DNA of 64,000 nucleotides. Source: Antedon mediterranea (taxonomy: Eukaryota > Animalia > Echinodermata). The stretch covers positions 9,600,201-9,664,200 of the forward strand of contig NC_092670.1 of assembly GCF_964355755.1 (NCBI RefSeq). The letters are read 5' to 3'. Each line of letters starts with the position of its first letter. Position 1 is the first letter of the stretch. Of the stretch, positions 12,701-24,168 are shown piece after piece. The position numbers were made by a program, and so were the translations under genes. A model generated the notes under the pieces. The model did not search any database. It had not been told where the DNA came from and saw only the letters and a list, made by a program, of their open reading frames with translations.

Positions 12701-15700
12701 TCCATGATGGATATCCAGAATTCATTGCGGTTGCTTGAGAAAGAGCAAAGTAGGCTACCATAGATATCTTCAGGTAAATAATCATCAATGATAACCTACA
12801 AATATAAATTTATTAATTGAATTGTTATCAATCACCTTTAAAAAGATAGTAATTATGTCAAAACCCAACTGAAAGGAACTAGTTGCGCAATAGCGCTTAT
12901 GTCGAATCAACTCAACAGAACCTGTAAGCGAGTGCTTACTTCTATGCTGCAACAATTATCTAGGTTACCATAACATAACACGCTTCAAAGTGAACTGAAA
13001 GTGCATTCAATTTAGGTCAGTTGCATTCAGTAGTTCGAAGCACTTATGTCAACACAAGCACACTGTAGAGTAGAACCAGCGGTGGCGCCAGGATCTTCCT
13101 GACGCGGGGGCTACATTCCCCGACGAGAGGGCTATGCGAGCATCAGTAGGCTGGGGGCCAGGGGGCCGCCAAGGGCCCCTGGTGGGGGTCCGGAAGCAAC
13201 GCGTTCTAGCGTCATTTGAGGTCATTTTATCAGATTTAGGGTAGCCATTTTTTCCATTTTTTATAATGCATAAATAAAATACTGCGTGCAAAAAAACGAT
13301 GTGCGATGACTGTTTCAATCCACATTTTTCAATTTAAAAAATAAAAGTTCAAAGAAAATTTAGAAAAATAGAGTTGGAGGTCCCGGAAATTGGACTTATT
13401 ATACTTCAAAACATGAAACAAAATATATAATATATATAACATGGTTGTGACTGATTCGTACAAAAGGATACCGCCAAGCAAGTGCGTACCTAGCTATTGT
13501 TTAGTAGTTGGATCGCTGGCAATAATGAATGCATAAAAGTGCATAATAGCCCTCTGACGAACTCTCATGGTCAATGGAACGTCGTGGTTTTCTAGGCGCT
13601 GAAGCTATATGAAGTGAACGCGAACGTTTTTTACTGTATATTATATTCCCCGACAAAAAATACCCGTGTTCCCCGACGGGGGGGCTAGGCTCCCCGACAA
13701 GGGGGCTAGAGCCCCCGTAGCCCCCCCGCTGGCGCCACCACTGGACTGGGTAGAACCACTCTTTTGGGACAACTCTAAAGCTTGGTTCCCACTAGGACGC
13801 AACGCAAGGACATAAGCGCAACACAAGTGAGTTGACTAATCACAAGGGAAATTTTTGATATCCCATCGCTTTAATAGGGGTTTTACTGTATTTAACTCTG
13901 TGCATTCTTCTTGCATTATACAAGTAAATATTTACACATAGCTACTGGAATCTTACCTTTCGTTTCACTCCATTGATGTGTAATATAACCATGTATTTAC
14001 CACAAGGATTATACACAGGATGGCCTTCTTTATTTTGTGGATATACAATACTAAAAAACAAATTAAACAGCATTGTTGTTAATAACCTGAACCTGAAGAC
14101 GTCGCTATACGATGATGTACTCGCACGTTGCTAATAAAAAGAGCTCTACATGGGTTGGGGACACCGGCGCTATACAAGTTTTAATTTATTATTTTTATTA
14201 TTATTTATTAATATTAATAATCAATAACAATATACAATACAGTGGTAACACTGTTGTCTGGTTTTGTAATAGAAGAGTTTGGAAATGTGAGAAAATGGTG
14301 GTTTGGTAGAGTTTCTTGTTATCAGGCAGTTATTGTTCATTGATTTTTTAAATTTATTTATTTGTTATTTAATACGCATCCAACAGCGAGTAACCCAATT
14401 ACAGGATGGATAAACTATTTCATTATTTTATAATGCTTATAAACTAAGTCTCATTAAGGCTTAGGGAGTCGAGTTCAAAGAGTCGTGATTTACAACACTG
14501 GCACTAGGATTGGAAGGCAAACATGTTAACCACCAAGCTACAGCTTCACTACAAATCTTACTTCCTTTAATATTACATAATTTAAAACAGTTGCAATACT
14601 TATAGTCTAGTAGGAAGGAGGGGTTACCGTGCACCCCCATGATGTATTTTTTTAATGTACATTTTTGTAATCCTGAATATATGTAATTAACATTTTTTGA
14701 TGTTCCCAAGACGAAATATTGTCCCATGGGGTTTTTTGGGGGCCATTTTGGTGGCCATCTTGGATTTATCAAAATCATAAATATAGACGGTACTTGACAA
14801 AGACTGATCATAGAGGTCTGATTTTGGTCTTAAATTGTTCAGAATATGCACATTTCTATGTACTATAATGAAAAGTTTTTGTTCAAAATGGCCGTAAATG
14901 CCACTTTTGACCTTTGACCTTGTTTTTACATAAGGGTCATATCTTGGTAACCCCTGGTCATAAAGATTTTATTTTTGTCTTAAATTGTTCAGAATATCCA
15001 TATTTATATTCGCTTTAATGGAACATATTTTTGAAATTTGAAGGGAAATATCATTTTTGACCTTTGACATTATTGCATAACGATTTTCGCAATAATTTAG
15101 GTTATTTTTGTATTCGACCTATATCTTGACAACGAGTGATCATAGAGGTTTGATTTTGGTCTTATATTGTTCAGAATATGCACTTTCCTATGTACTATAA
15201 TAAAACATTTTCATACAAAATGACCGGAAATACGACTTTTGACCTTTGACCTCGTTTTTACATAAGGGTCATATCTCGTTAACCAATGGTCATAATGATT
15301 TTATTTTTGTTTTAAATTGTTCGGAGTATCCATATTTATATTAGCTTTAATGAAACATATTTTTGAAATTTGATGGAAAATATCACTTTTGACCTTTGAC
15401 ATTATTTCCACCCGAGGGTCATATCTCGGTAACCCCTGGTCATAAAGACTTTATTTTTGTCATAAATTGTTCAGAATATCCATATTTATATAAGATTTAA
15501 TGAAACATATTTTTGAAAGTTGGCAGGAAATACAACTTTTGACCTTTTACCTTGTTTCCACCCGAGGGTCATATCTCGGTAACCCCTGGTCATAAAGACT
15601 TTATTTTTGTCATAAATTGTTCAGAATATCCAGGAGTGAGGACCTCAATTTTCACAGAATTCTTATATAGTAAGAATGTTTCTGTTTTCAAAATAAAACT

Positions 15701-18700
15701 ATGTATATGTAGGTCTACATAACTACTCATTCAAAACCCATTTATCAAGTTACTGCAATAGATGTTCAGTCATCGTCCACCTCAAATTCAATTTCTTGTT
15801 CATCATCTTCATACTCTTTCAACTCCATGGTCGTTTTCTCAACTAGATCAATAAGATGGGCTGAAAGAATAGGACTGCATGACCAGACTGTCCTGTCACC
15901 ATGCCCTTGTAGTTCATTCATACTAGTGTGATATCTTGTTTTAATGATTAAATGACAGTTTGGCACGCCCTACATCAGGAAATTTCCAAATAAGAGGAAG
16001 TGCCTTCATCTAACCCTCTAAGGTCAAATGTATAGAGGACATATTCCTGGTCAACTTCATGATATACAAATTTATGTTTCTGTCAAGCCCCGTCAGACTG
16101 AGATTCTGACCGCCGTAAAACGTTTAGAAGCATGCACTGCTGAGATTAGGACATGGATGGGCTTAAACTTCCTCAAGCTTAATGAAAAGACCGAGGCATT
16201 CGTATTTGGAGTGGATTTGCGTGTTCAATTTAAGATCCTGCTGGTGCTCCGATGCATAAATAGTTGCGCTCTCAAATACCTCTCAGAATGATCGACAATC
16301 AATAAGAGAAAGCGAGAAATAAGATCTAGTCATCAGGTGCTACTGGACATTCAGAGGCGCAAACATAGTTGGGGAGACCGGACTTTCAGTACTGCTGGAA
16401 CCACCTATCTTTGAACATTAAACAAACATCATTATTGAGCACCTTTAAGTCACTACTCAAAACTCACACTTTCTGATATTTTTGGTAGCACCATGAGCAA
16501 TGACTGTTGGAATGGCGCTATATAAATCGAATGATTGATTGATTGATTGATTGATTAGTAGCATCTTCTGACCGCTTAGTATTTATTGTATTACTGTACT
16601 GAATACTCAGTAAATGGCTGTAGACAGGCAGCCCAGATACATTTGGTTAGATGAGCTAGGTACCAATATCTGACTATTTAAGTGTGTTAATTGGAGGTCA
16701 CTTGAAGTCAATGTAAATGGAAGTCTGCCGGGTACCCCCTGCTGCGTCTATACCGGGGGGCACGAAAGGTGCTAACAAATCGGCACCAATTAGATGAGAG
16801 AGATACCACCTAATTTCACCACCATGGGATGCCCATTTGCAACCTATATACCAAAATCATATCACTAAACATTTTGTCCTCTGCAATAGGCCCACCAGAC
16901 CCCCCTCCCCCCACGAGGGAGGGCCTACAAATGGTGATAGCATAGCTGAGTGAGGTACCACTCAAAATTAATGCCAAATGAACAAGTTGTGTTCATACAA
17001 TACTAAATGGGTAACGACAGACTAAAAGTTCGACTAGAGACCCCCCCCCCCTTTCCCACAAATGGCCTAGATTAGATATTGTAGATACCACCAGCAGCCA
17101 ATGTTATATGATTTAGCACATAGTAAGAAATACCAAATGACCTATTACAGACTATCTGTACACTGCCTTGGCCCTGGCAGACCCCTCTAAAGTTCGACTA
17201 GAGACCTCCCTTCCCACAAATGGCCTAGATTAGATATTGTAGATACCACCAGCAGCCAATGTTATATGATTTAGCACATAGTAAGAAATACCAAATGACC
17301 TATTACAGACTATCTGTACACTGCCTTGGCCCTGGCAGACCCCTCTAAAGTTCGACTAACGACCCCCTTCTCCCAACTAGCCTAGCTTAGATATTGTAGA
17401 TACCACCAGCAACCAATGTTATATGATTTAGCACATTGTAAGGAATACCAAATGACCTCTATTACAAACTATCTGTACACTGCCTTGGCCCTGGCAGACC
17501 CCTCTAAATGTTGACTAGAGACCCTCTTCCTCCAACTAGTCTAGCTTAGATATTGTAGATACCACCAGCAACCAATGTTATATGATTTAGCACATTGTAA
17601 GGAATACCAACCTATTACAAACTATCTGTACCCTGCCTTGGCCCTGGCAGACCCTCTAAAGTTTGACCATAAGTATACCGTGCGTAACCTTAGATATTGT
17701 AGATACCACCAGCAATCAATGCCAACATTAAAAGTCTTTCGGAGATTATGGCCTTGTGAGAAACACTCATCCACTAAATATAAAAATTTGGGTCCGATAT
17801 TGGTCTTTACGTTTTGCTGTACGGAGGATTGAACCAAATGATGTTTCTGTTTCGGGTTTTCTTTTTGGTTGCTTGTTCAGGTGTAGCTCATGTTCATATC
17901 CATTATGTGCTTCTTGGTACTGAGGTATTGCTGCATTAAACGAATTTTCATCGGATGAGATGTTTGAAGAGTCGTTTATTTATTGCTAGTGGTATATTGC
18001 GTAATTGGTGGCCGATGATTACTTTCACGATGTACATATAATGGCGTGATGTTTGGTTTGGTGTATATGGGTGGAAGGTACCTGTCCTCAGATCCAGTGT
18101 TATGTCAAGAATACCATCCACGTGTAAAATACAATTATCCCCTTTTCTTTCCCTAAATTTTCCATTATTTAATGAAGAATAGAATTTGATTAGAATGTAT
18201 TTTTGTAGCCGTCTATCAGTACTGTTTCCAAAATAAATTAAGATTATGAAGATGTTGACATTAATTTTGTTATTGTCTCAATTTATGACAAAAATAAAGT
18301 CTTTATGACCAGGGGTTACCGAGATATGACCCTCGGGTGGAAATAATGTCAAAAGTGATATTTTCCATCAAATTTCAAAAATATGTTTCATTAAATCTTA
18401 TATAAATATGGATATTCTGAACAATTTATGACAAAAATAAAGTCTTTATGACCAGGGGTTACCGAGATATGACCCTCGGGTGGAAATAATGTCAAAGGTC
18501 AAAAATGATATTTTCCATCAAATTTCAAAAATATGTTTCATTAAAGCTAATATAAATATGGATACTCTGAACAATTTAAAACAAAAATAAAATCATTATG
18601 ACCATTGGTTACCGAGATATGACCCTTATGTAAAAACGAGGTCAAAGGTCAAAAGTCGTATTTCCGGTCATTTTGTATGAAAATGTTTTATTATAGTACA

Positions 18701-21700
18701 TAGGAAAGTGCATATTCTGAACAATATAAGACCAAAATCAAACCTCTATGATCACTCGTTGTCAAGATATAGGTCGAATACAAAAATAACCTAAATTATT
18801 GCGAAAATCGTTATGGAATAATGTCAAAGGTCAAAAATGATATTTACCGTCAAATTTCAAAAATATGTTCCATTAAAGCGAATATAAAAATGGATATTCT
18901 GAACAATTTAAGACAAAAATAAAATCTTTATGACCAGGGGTTACCAAGATATGACCCTTATGTAAAAACAAGGTCAAAGGTCAAAAGTGGCATTTACGGC
19001 CATTTTGAACAAAAACTTTTCATTATAGTACATAGAAATGTGCATATTCTGAACAATTTAAGACCAAAATCAGACCTCTATGATCAGTCTTTGTCAAGTA
19101 CCGTCTATATTTATGATTTTGATAAATCCAAGATGGCCACCAAAATGGCCCTCAAAAAACCCCATGGGACAATATTTCGTCTTGGGAACATCAAAAAATG
19201 TTAATTACATATATTCAGGATTACAAAAATGTACATTAAAAAAATACATCATGGGGGTGCACGGTAACCCCTCCTTCCTACCCTACTATTACTTTGATAT
19301 TAATTTCTTCTTAAATCTTCTTTCATAATTTGCAGATATTGCTAATGAAGCTACAAACGAGCAATCTGTTACAATTGTCTGTAAATAAAAAAAAAACAAA
19401 AAAAAGCATGATTAAGAATTTAGATTTTGGTGTAGTGTGGTAGAGTCAGAATTTGAAGCCGGTAGTATCGTTTACATATAGTACATAAAGAACTTGGTAC
19501 ACTATAGGAAAGGGAGAGGATTGTCTATCGTTGTACTGATCTGGTAGGCGCTGCACTGCTGGCTGCCGTGGGTTCATGGAAGGCCTAATCTGAATTTTCT
19601 TAGTTTCCAGCTAAGCTTGAGGACCAGAATAAATACCTTTACCTTTAGATTGGTAGACAAGAATGTTAATAAGCAATAAACAACTTACTTGCTTGATACT
19701 AAAGCTAGAAATTGTTAGGATCATATGAGGATCAGATGAGATGTCTTCGATTCGAACCCATCTTTTAAAGCGTTCCTTCTGTTTTGGTGACAGTGCTAAT
19801 TTTCCTGCCTTATCTCTAAAATTTGAAAGACAAAATATGTTGATAAATATACTACTGTAAATGCTTCAGATGACGTCTGTTTGCTTTTTCAATAAATACA
19901 GCTACTTTTTCTGGTGGTTTGGTTTTTAGAAGAGTCCGAGTTCATGGAAGGTGGCGGCTAGAGTGCTGGCTAGATAGTTGGCTGATGTTCGTCTACTATC
20001 GCCTTTAAATCTGCCTTGAAAACTCATCTTTGTCTTCAGATTGAGCTCTCTCATACACCGCGCCTTTGATTACTTACTGCTGGAGTTGGCGCGTTACAAA
20101 TTCATACTATTATAATTATTATTAGAAGGCCAAACTTGAGATATAAACAAAAACTTCTAAACTAAATATTAAGTTAAAATGAACACTTACTCAAATGAAA
20201 TTGGGTAGCCGAACCTTTCACGTAAATCTGCATGCGACATGAATGGAACGTACTCTCGTCCATTGACAAATGATGTCCTCCTAAAAAGGTACCAAAATGA
20301 CATTTACAAATAACTTTTGATATTAAAGGTACTGAATATAACGGCCAAGGTTCAGGTACGTTGTAAGTATTGTAAAATAGTTACCCCTTGATAATTCTGT
20401 AGGTATCTTAGTAGCAGGGATTTAGCAGCAAGGTAATAGGTAAGCATGAATTTTTTCAAAGTAAATTGTTGGCCTACACACAGCTAATAAACTGTACAAC
20501 ACTGTATGCGCTTGCAGTGCTTTAGTCTTATTCAAAGCATACCTGAGCACTGCAATTTCTTCAGGGGTATATTTTCCCCCTCCTCCTCCTCCTCCGCTAC
20601 TGGTACCACCACTACCTCCTCCTCCTATCTGTGGTTTAGCATTCTTTGAAGCCCCTATACTTCTTGTTCTCTTTGGTGATTTATCCCCTGTTGTGGAAGA
20701 GGCAGTTTTTGCCTCACCATCATCTTCTGGGGAGTGAGATGGAACGCTTGGAAGATTCAGAAGAGGAGCTGATGGTTTAATCTCCTTTTGTTTTTTTAAT
20801 GATTCAGCTCTACAAAAAAAAGTTTGCATTTTTGATATACTACTGATTGGTAACTCTGAACAAAAATGGTTTGTGTGTAGCATTAAAGTAAAAGACAGCT
20901 GCCTAGCCTAGATAGATAATGGAAGCATTTAATTGAACAGGTACTAAAAAACTAGATAGGTACTAGCCTAGTCAACTCTCCGAATACTCTAGACATCTTT
21001 GGGCTGGGCTAATATGTTTGGTTTCTAGTTCTTGGTAGGCTAGTTCTTGTATTCTGAATGTGTTTTAGTAATGGCAAGAAAGGATTTGGACATCAAGAAA
21101 AGTCTGGTTTTCGGAGAGTTCTTTAGTTTTTTTTAGAGTTGGCTGTACATACCAAACTATGAATAATTGTGATAATAAACACTTACCTATCTAATGCTTG
21201 AGTTGCTAATTTTTCTAATTTTCCTTTTAATTGCTGATCTTTAGTTGTTTTTCTCTGCAAATATAAAATAATATCTTAATTTTCTGAAAAATGTCTTCAA
21301 CAATCTATTTTATTTTAAAATTAATTTTATCCTAAGAAAGAAATTTTTACAAAATTTAGGGCATTGAAATAGTAGATATAATGTTGTATTAAACCTGCTG
21401 TTTTAATAGAAATTGTGTTTGCTCTAAGCATAGTGATATCTGATATCTCAGACACAAATATTACCAATTCATATCTGGCACAAATAAATGGTCTAAAATT
21501 AGAGGATTTTAATAGCACAAATAAAGACAATGCTCACAGCCTCAATGCAAATTTCTGCAGCCTCCATATACATGGTAGCTGCATCGTCATGGTTACCCTC
21601 ATCATCTTCATTAAAAGCTTGACGAATCAAGAAGTTTGCTTTCTCCATAGCTGTGTCCTCTTTGCTCTTCTTTTTTACGTCGTCTTTTGATGATGAAGAT

Positions 21701-23139
21701 GTTGATACTACAAAAAATATGCCACAAATATTATTAAAGAGTTAAAAAGAGAATGATTTAAATATGCTTTGAATTGTAGTAGAATCACTCCTAACCTCTG
21801 TCTACACTATCAAACTAATTTGATGTGTCCAAATATGGTTGTAATATGACATCATTGGGTCTATATATGGGCACATTACTTTTTTTGGTCACATAAAGTT
21901 TGATAGTGTAGACAGAGCTTTGAACGCAAGACAAACAATTTCCATACATGTTTTAAAAATATGGCCAATCCATATTTAGGGAAACTCCTTTTAGAGGACA
22001 CTTTGTGTCCCAAAGGTGTCCACTTAATAATAATAGTGGTTCTACCATAGTGGTTTTTTTTTTAAACAGGACTCACAAATTAAAGCTAGAATTAAGATTA
22101 AATATTACTAGATTAGTTTTATATTGTTTTTTCAAGGTTTGCATGGCAAAATCATATGTTGATATAAGTTTGCGGTACACCACGTATGTTAGTTCTAAAA
22201 AGAACTGTTGAGTCCACTCTTGATGCAAAGCATATTGATCTAAACGTCGAGAAACTCAACAGTTCTTTTCAGAACTAACATACGTGGTGTACCGCAAACT
22301 TAGATTAGTTTTACCTTACAGCACATTCAGATAATAATCGTCGTGAAAATATGGAAACAAACACCTATTACACATTAGGAACATACAGTACGAAGCACAG
22401 TATAAACACAAACAGGACATGAAGATGAATAGAAATTGAATCAATAAATTTGGTTAAATTCAAATAATTTACTTTGTAACAAACAATTAATAATTATCGT
22501 GATTGAACTTACTCGCTTTCTTAAGATCTTCAACTCTCTTGACATACATGGAATATTTACTAGAAAGATCTAAAGTAGGATTGGCCAGAGAAGCATTGAA
22601 CATGGCCTGAATTGCCTCCTATAAAAAAACCAAATGATTTGTAAATAAACAGTAACAGGAAAAAAAATGATTAAAACAGTGGGATCGAATACGTTCTTGC
22701 GTTGCATTCTAATGGCAACCAAGCTTGAATTTTCAGTATTTATTGGTACTCACTTTACAATCAGTGGCACACACCTTTGAATTCAGCATCTTCCAGCTTA
22801 TTTTAAGCCTCCCACTTTAAACATAGCACCCCTGCTCAATTCAAGTAGGTCTACTGTTTTTTAATTCACCTATAAATTTGTGACACTATCATATTCTCTA
22901 TAAATTACATCCCTTGAGCTGATACTTACAACATAATAAAATATGGCAGTTCGTGACTGACCAATAGAATCGTAATGCGTTGCTTTATTTGCAAAATCCA
23001 AGGCATCACGTAGTAAGTCTGAAGCATGTCTCTCAGCTGATACGCTTAACTCCTGTGGCACGTCAGCACTAGAAGATGGCATTGATGGGGGTAAGTCCGG
23101 ATCCGGCATAAACCTCTGCGTAAAATCAGTCCAAAACAT
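6759..23139 (-). CDS. CAPN7: Calpain-7 (PalB homolog): two MIT domains, CysPc protease core, C-terminal calpain-III domains; 872 aa
   Basis: 19 GT-AG exons with consistent phases: 22930-23139, 22513-22618, 21538-21707, 21187-21254, 20543-20809, 20191-20280, 19689-19815, 19293-19378, 13957-14050, 12649-12795, 12185-12412, 11577-11721, 11116-11215, 10393-10592, 9589-9731, 8630-8692, 8199-8338, 7255-7344, 6759-6903 (2619 nt). MIT segments [21 protein letters not shown] and [17 protein letters not shown]. Catalytic triad motifs [17 protein letters not shown] (Cys), GLVPTHAY (His), [12 protein letters not shown] (Asn). Also [18 protein letters not shown] and [12 protein letters not shown]. Confidence 0.96.
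7597..8172. mobile_element. Harbinger-like MITE in CAPN7 intron 17
   Basis: TIR TACCCCTTTCACACCAAAA ... TTTTGGTGTGAAAGGGGTA with TTA on both flanks. Many internal CTCCGGAG palindromes. Confidence 0.8.
8708..8887. repeat. Near-perfect ~85-bp tandem duplication
   Basis: caaattatagatgatatcattgaact.gaagcaggacaagaatcaggcagattcaactgtgcccgtagccacaacatcaaatatt occurs twice. Confidence 0.85.
9160..9575. repeat. Compound (GAT/AAT)n trinucleotide microsatellite
   Basis: About 410 bp of GAT and AAT units. It explains the poly-D/N, M/I, I and H/Y ORFs in the track. Confidence 0.97.
9771..9889. mobile_element. Tourist-like MITE family A copy
   Basis: agctctgtctacactatcaaac ... gtttgatagtgtagaaagatct. 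Confidence 0.7.
11213..11385. repeat. Tandem repeat (42, 42, 51 bp periods) containing the exon-13 acceptor
   Basis: cacctgtaatta starts at 11213, 11255, 11297 and 11348, each followed by tatgcaaata. Confidence 0.85.
13077..13748. mobile_element. hAT-like non-autonomous element
   Basis: TIR CAGCGGTGGCGCCAG ... CTGGCGCCACCACTG with a GC-rich interior. Near-8-bp flanking duplication agtagaac/ggtagaac. Confidence 0.7.
16050..16557 (+). mobile_element. L2-clade LINE 3' fragment with internal deletions
   Basis: [47 protein letters not shown] and FKSLLKTH. Ends ggcgctatataaat plus a (GATT)n tail. Confidence 0.75.
16615..17715 (+). repeat. Interspersed module with ~160-bp tandem array (about 4 units, 17027-17715)
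   Basis: Repeated ttagatattgtagataccaccagca.ccaatgttatatgatttagcaca...tgccttggccctggcagaccc. A second, inverted copy is split between 51922-52475 and 60841-61095. Confidence 0.85.
17722..18120 (-). mobile_element. Penelope-like retroelement fragment (RT C-terminus/linker), frameshifted
   Basis: Minus strand reads [26 protein letters not shown] ... [14 protein letters not shown] / [29 protein letters not shown]. Confidence 0.7.
21794..21919. mobile_element. Tourist-like MITE family A copy
   Basis: ctctgtctacactatcaaact ... agtttgatagtgtagacagagct. Confidence 0.7.
22122..22300. mobile_element. Hairpin-forming insertion with 13-bp target duplication (possibly Penelope-derived)
   Basis: About 50-bp inverted arms spanning 22165-22302. 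tagattagtttta at 22109-22121 and 22301-22313. Confidence 0.55.
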
Positions 23140-24168
23140 GTTGTCGTTCTAAAATTAGAAATAGTTTTACAAAACTTAATTGAAAAATCGGTAAATCCGG
23201 AAAAACACGTCACCACAGCCAACACCAATCGGCACAGCAAAATAGAAATAAATTCTTACTAGGCCTTAATGATATTGCGATGGTCAACGGTCATATGTAT
23301 GTGAATTGATTGTATAGAATAGGCACATTTGACCACATGCATGTGACCGGTGTGTAACGTTAAATTAGTTAAGCGAGGTGGCCAACGGCACAACACAGTT
23401 GACCGATTGATAATAAATTACACGCACAGCGTCGTAGGTAGGTTAGACAAGTAATACACTACCTAAGCACTAGCTAGATTTGGCTTACCTAGTAGGCCTA
23501 GACTAGGAAAGAGCTAAAAGGTAGACCAACAACGCCCTCTTTCCCCTGCTGCTTTGTGACTGTGCTGGTGGTGGCATAATCAAATCATGATTGATGGTGT
23601 AGAAAGAATGATGATGCCCTACTTCTAGGCCTATATAGTAGTACTATTACTAATTCCTACTAATTAGCCGAGCTATTACCTTTAAATCACGCTCCTGCTC
23701 TCTCTTCGTACTGTAGTGTAGTTTAAATAAATACAGTGTATTTTAAGGGCTACTGACACTATGCTAGGCCTAGCCTAGGAGGTTGGAGTTTGACGATGAT
23801 ATCGCGAATCGAGAGGTCAAGGGTGAAAGAAGAGAGCCGACGACGGATGTTATCTAAAAGTTAAAACAAAATGTAAATCGCACTCTCAAAACACCTAAAA
23901 TTCTACAAAACCATTAGATTTACTAATTCTGCTATTAACTTATAATTAATAAATATCCTATGATTTTATTTCAATAACAATTGTATTAAAATTCATTATA
24001 TAATTTTGGTCTTTTTTTGTGCCAAGGTTGATTGTGTTTACAAAACATCTTTCAGTACTTAAACCAGTAATGACGTAATAGTTAAAAGTCAAAACAATAA
24101 CAGAAGAGAGCTGCAGCTATCAATCAGTCCTAAAAAAGTTCATCATAATTACAGTAATAGTGTCCTTT
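23140..24168. promoter_or_regulatory. Divergent promoter region of CAPN7 and RETREG
   Basis: Head-to-head start codons at 23139 (-) and 24169 (+). CpG present, CRE-like TGACGTAA near 24071, E-box GGTCACATG on the minus strand near 23340. Confidence 0.55.

Larger units (their letters stand above)
14603..19288. mobile_element. Academ-like non-autonomous DNA transposon with ~1-kb TIRs
   Basis: Highly similar inverted arms 14603-15632 and ~18280-19288, built of ~150-bp subrepeats. Termini TAG...CTA with 3-bp flanking duplication TTA (14600-14602 and 19289-19291). Removing it restores a GTAAGT donor. Possible decayed transposase C-terminus at 15766-15990 (-). Confidence 0.8.

Noticed and set aside
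17027-17715. Regularly spaced repeats resembling a CRISPR array
   Set aside because: The whole ~160-bp unit repeats with no unique spacers, there are no cas genes, and the context is eukaryotic.
14461-19328. Two near-identical ORFs ([11 protein letters not shown]...) on opposite strands
   Set aside because: They are translations of the two TIR arms and have no recognisable protein motif.
20575-20630. Poly-glycine run in CAPN7
   Set aside because: It lies in the variable linker between the MIT and protease domains and is ordinary low-complexity coding sequence.
24160-24168. GTG start of the RETREG ORF given in the track
   Set aside because: It is a prokaryotic-style start call. The first in-frame ATG is at 24169.
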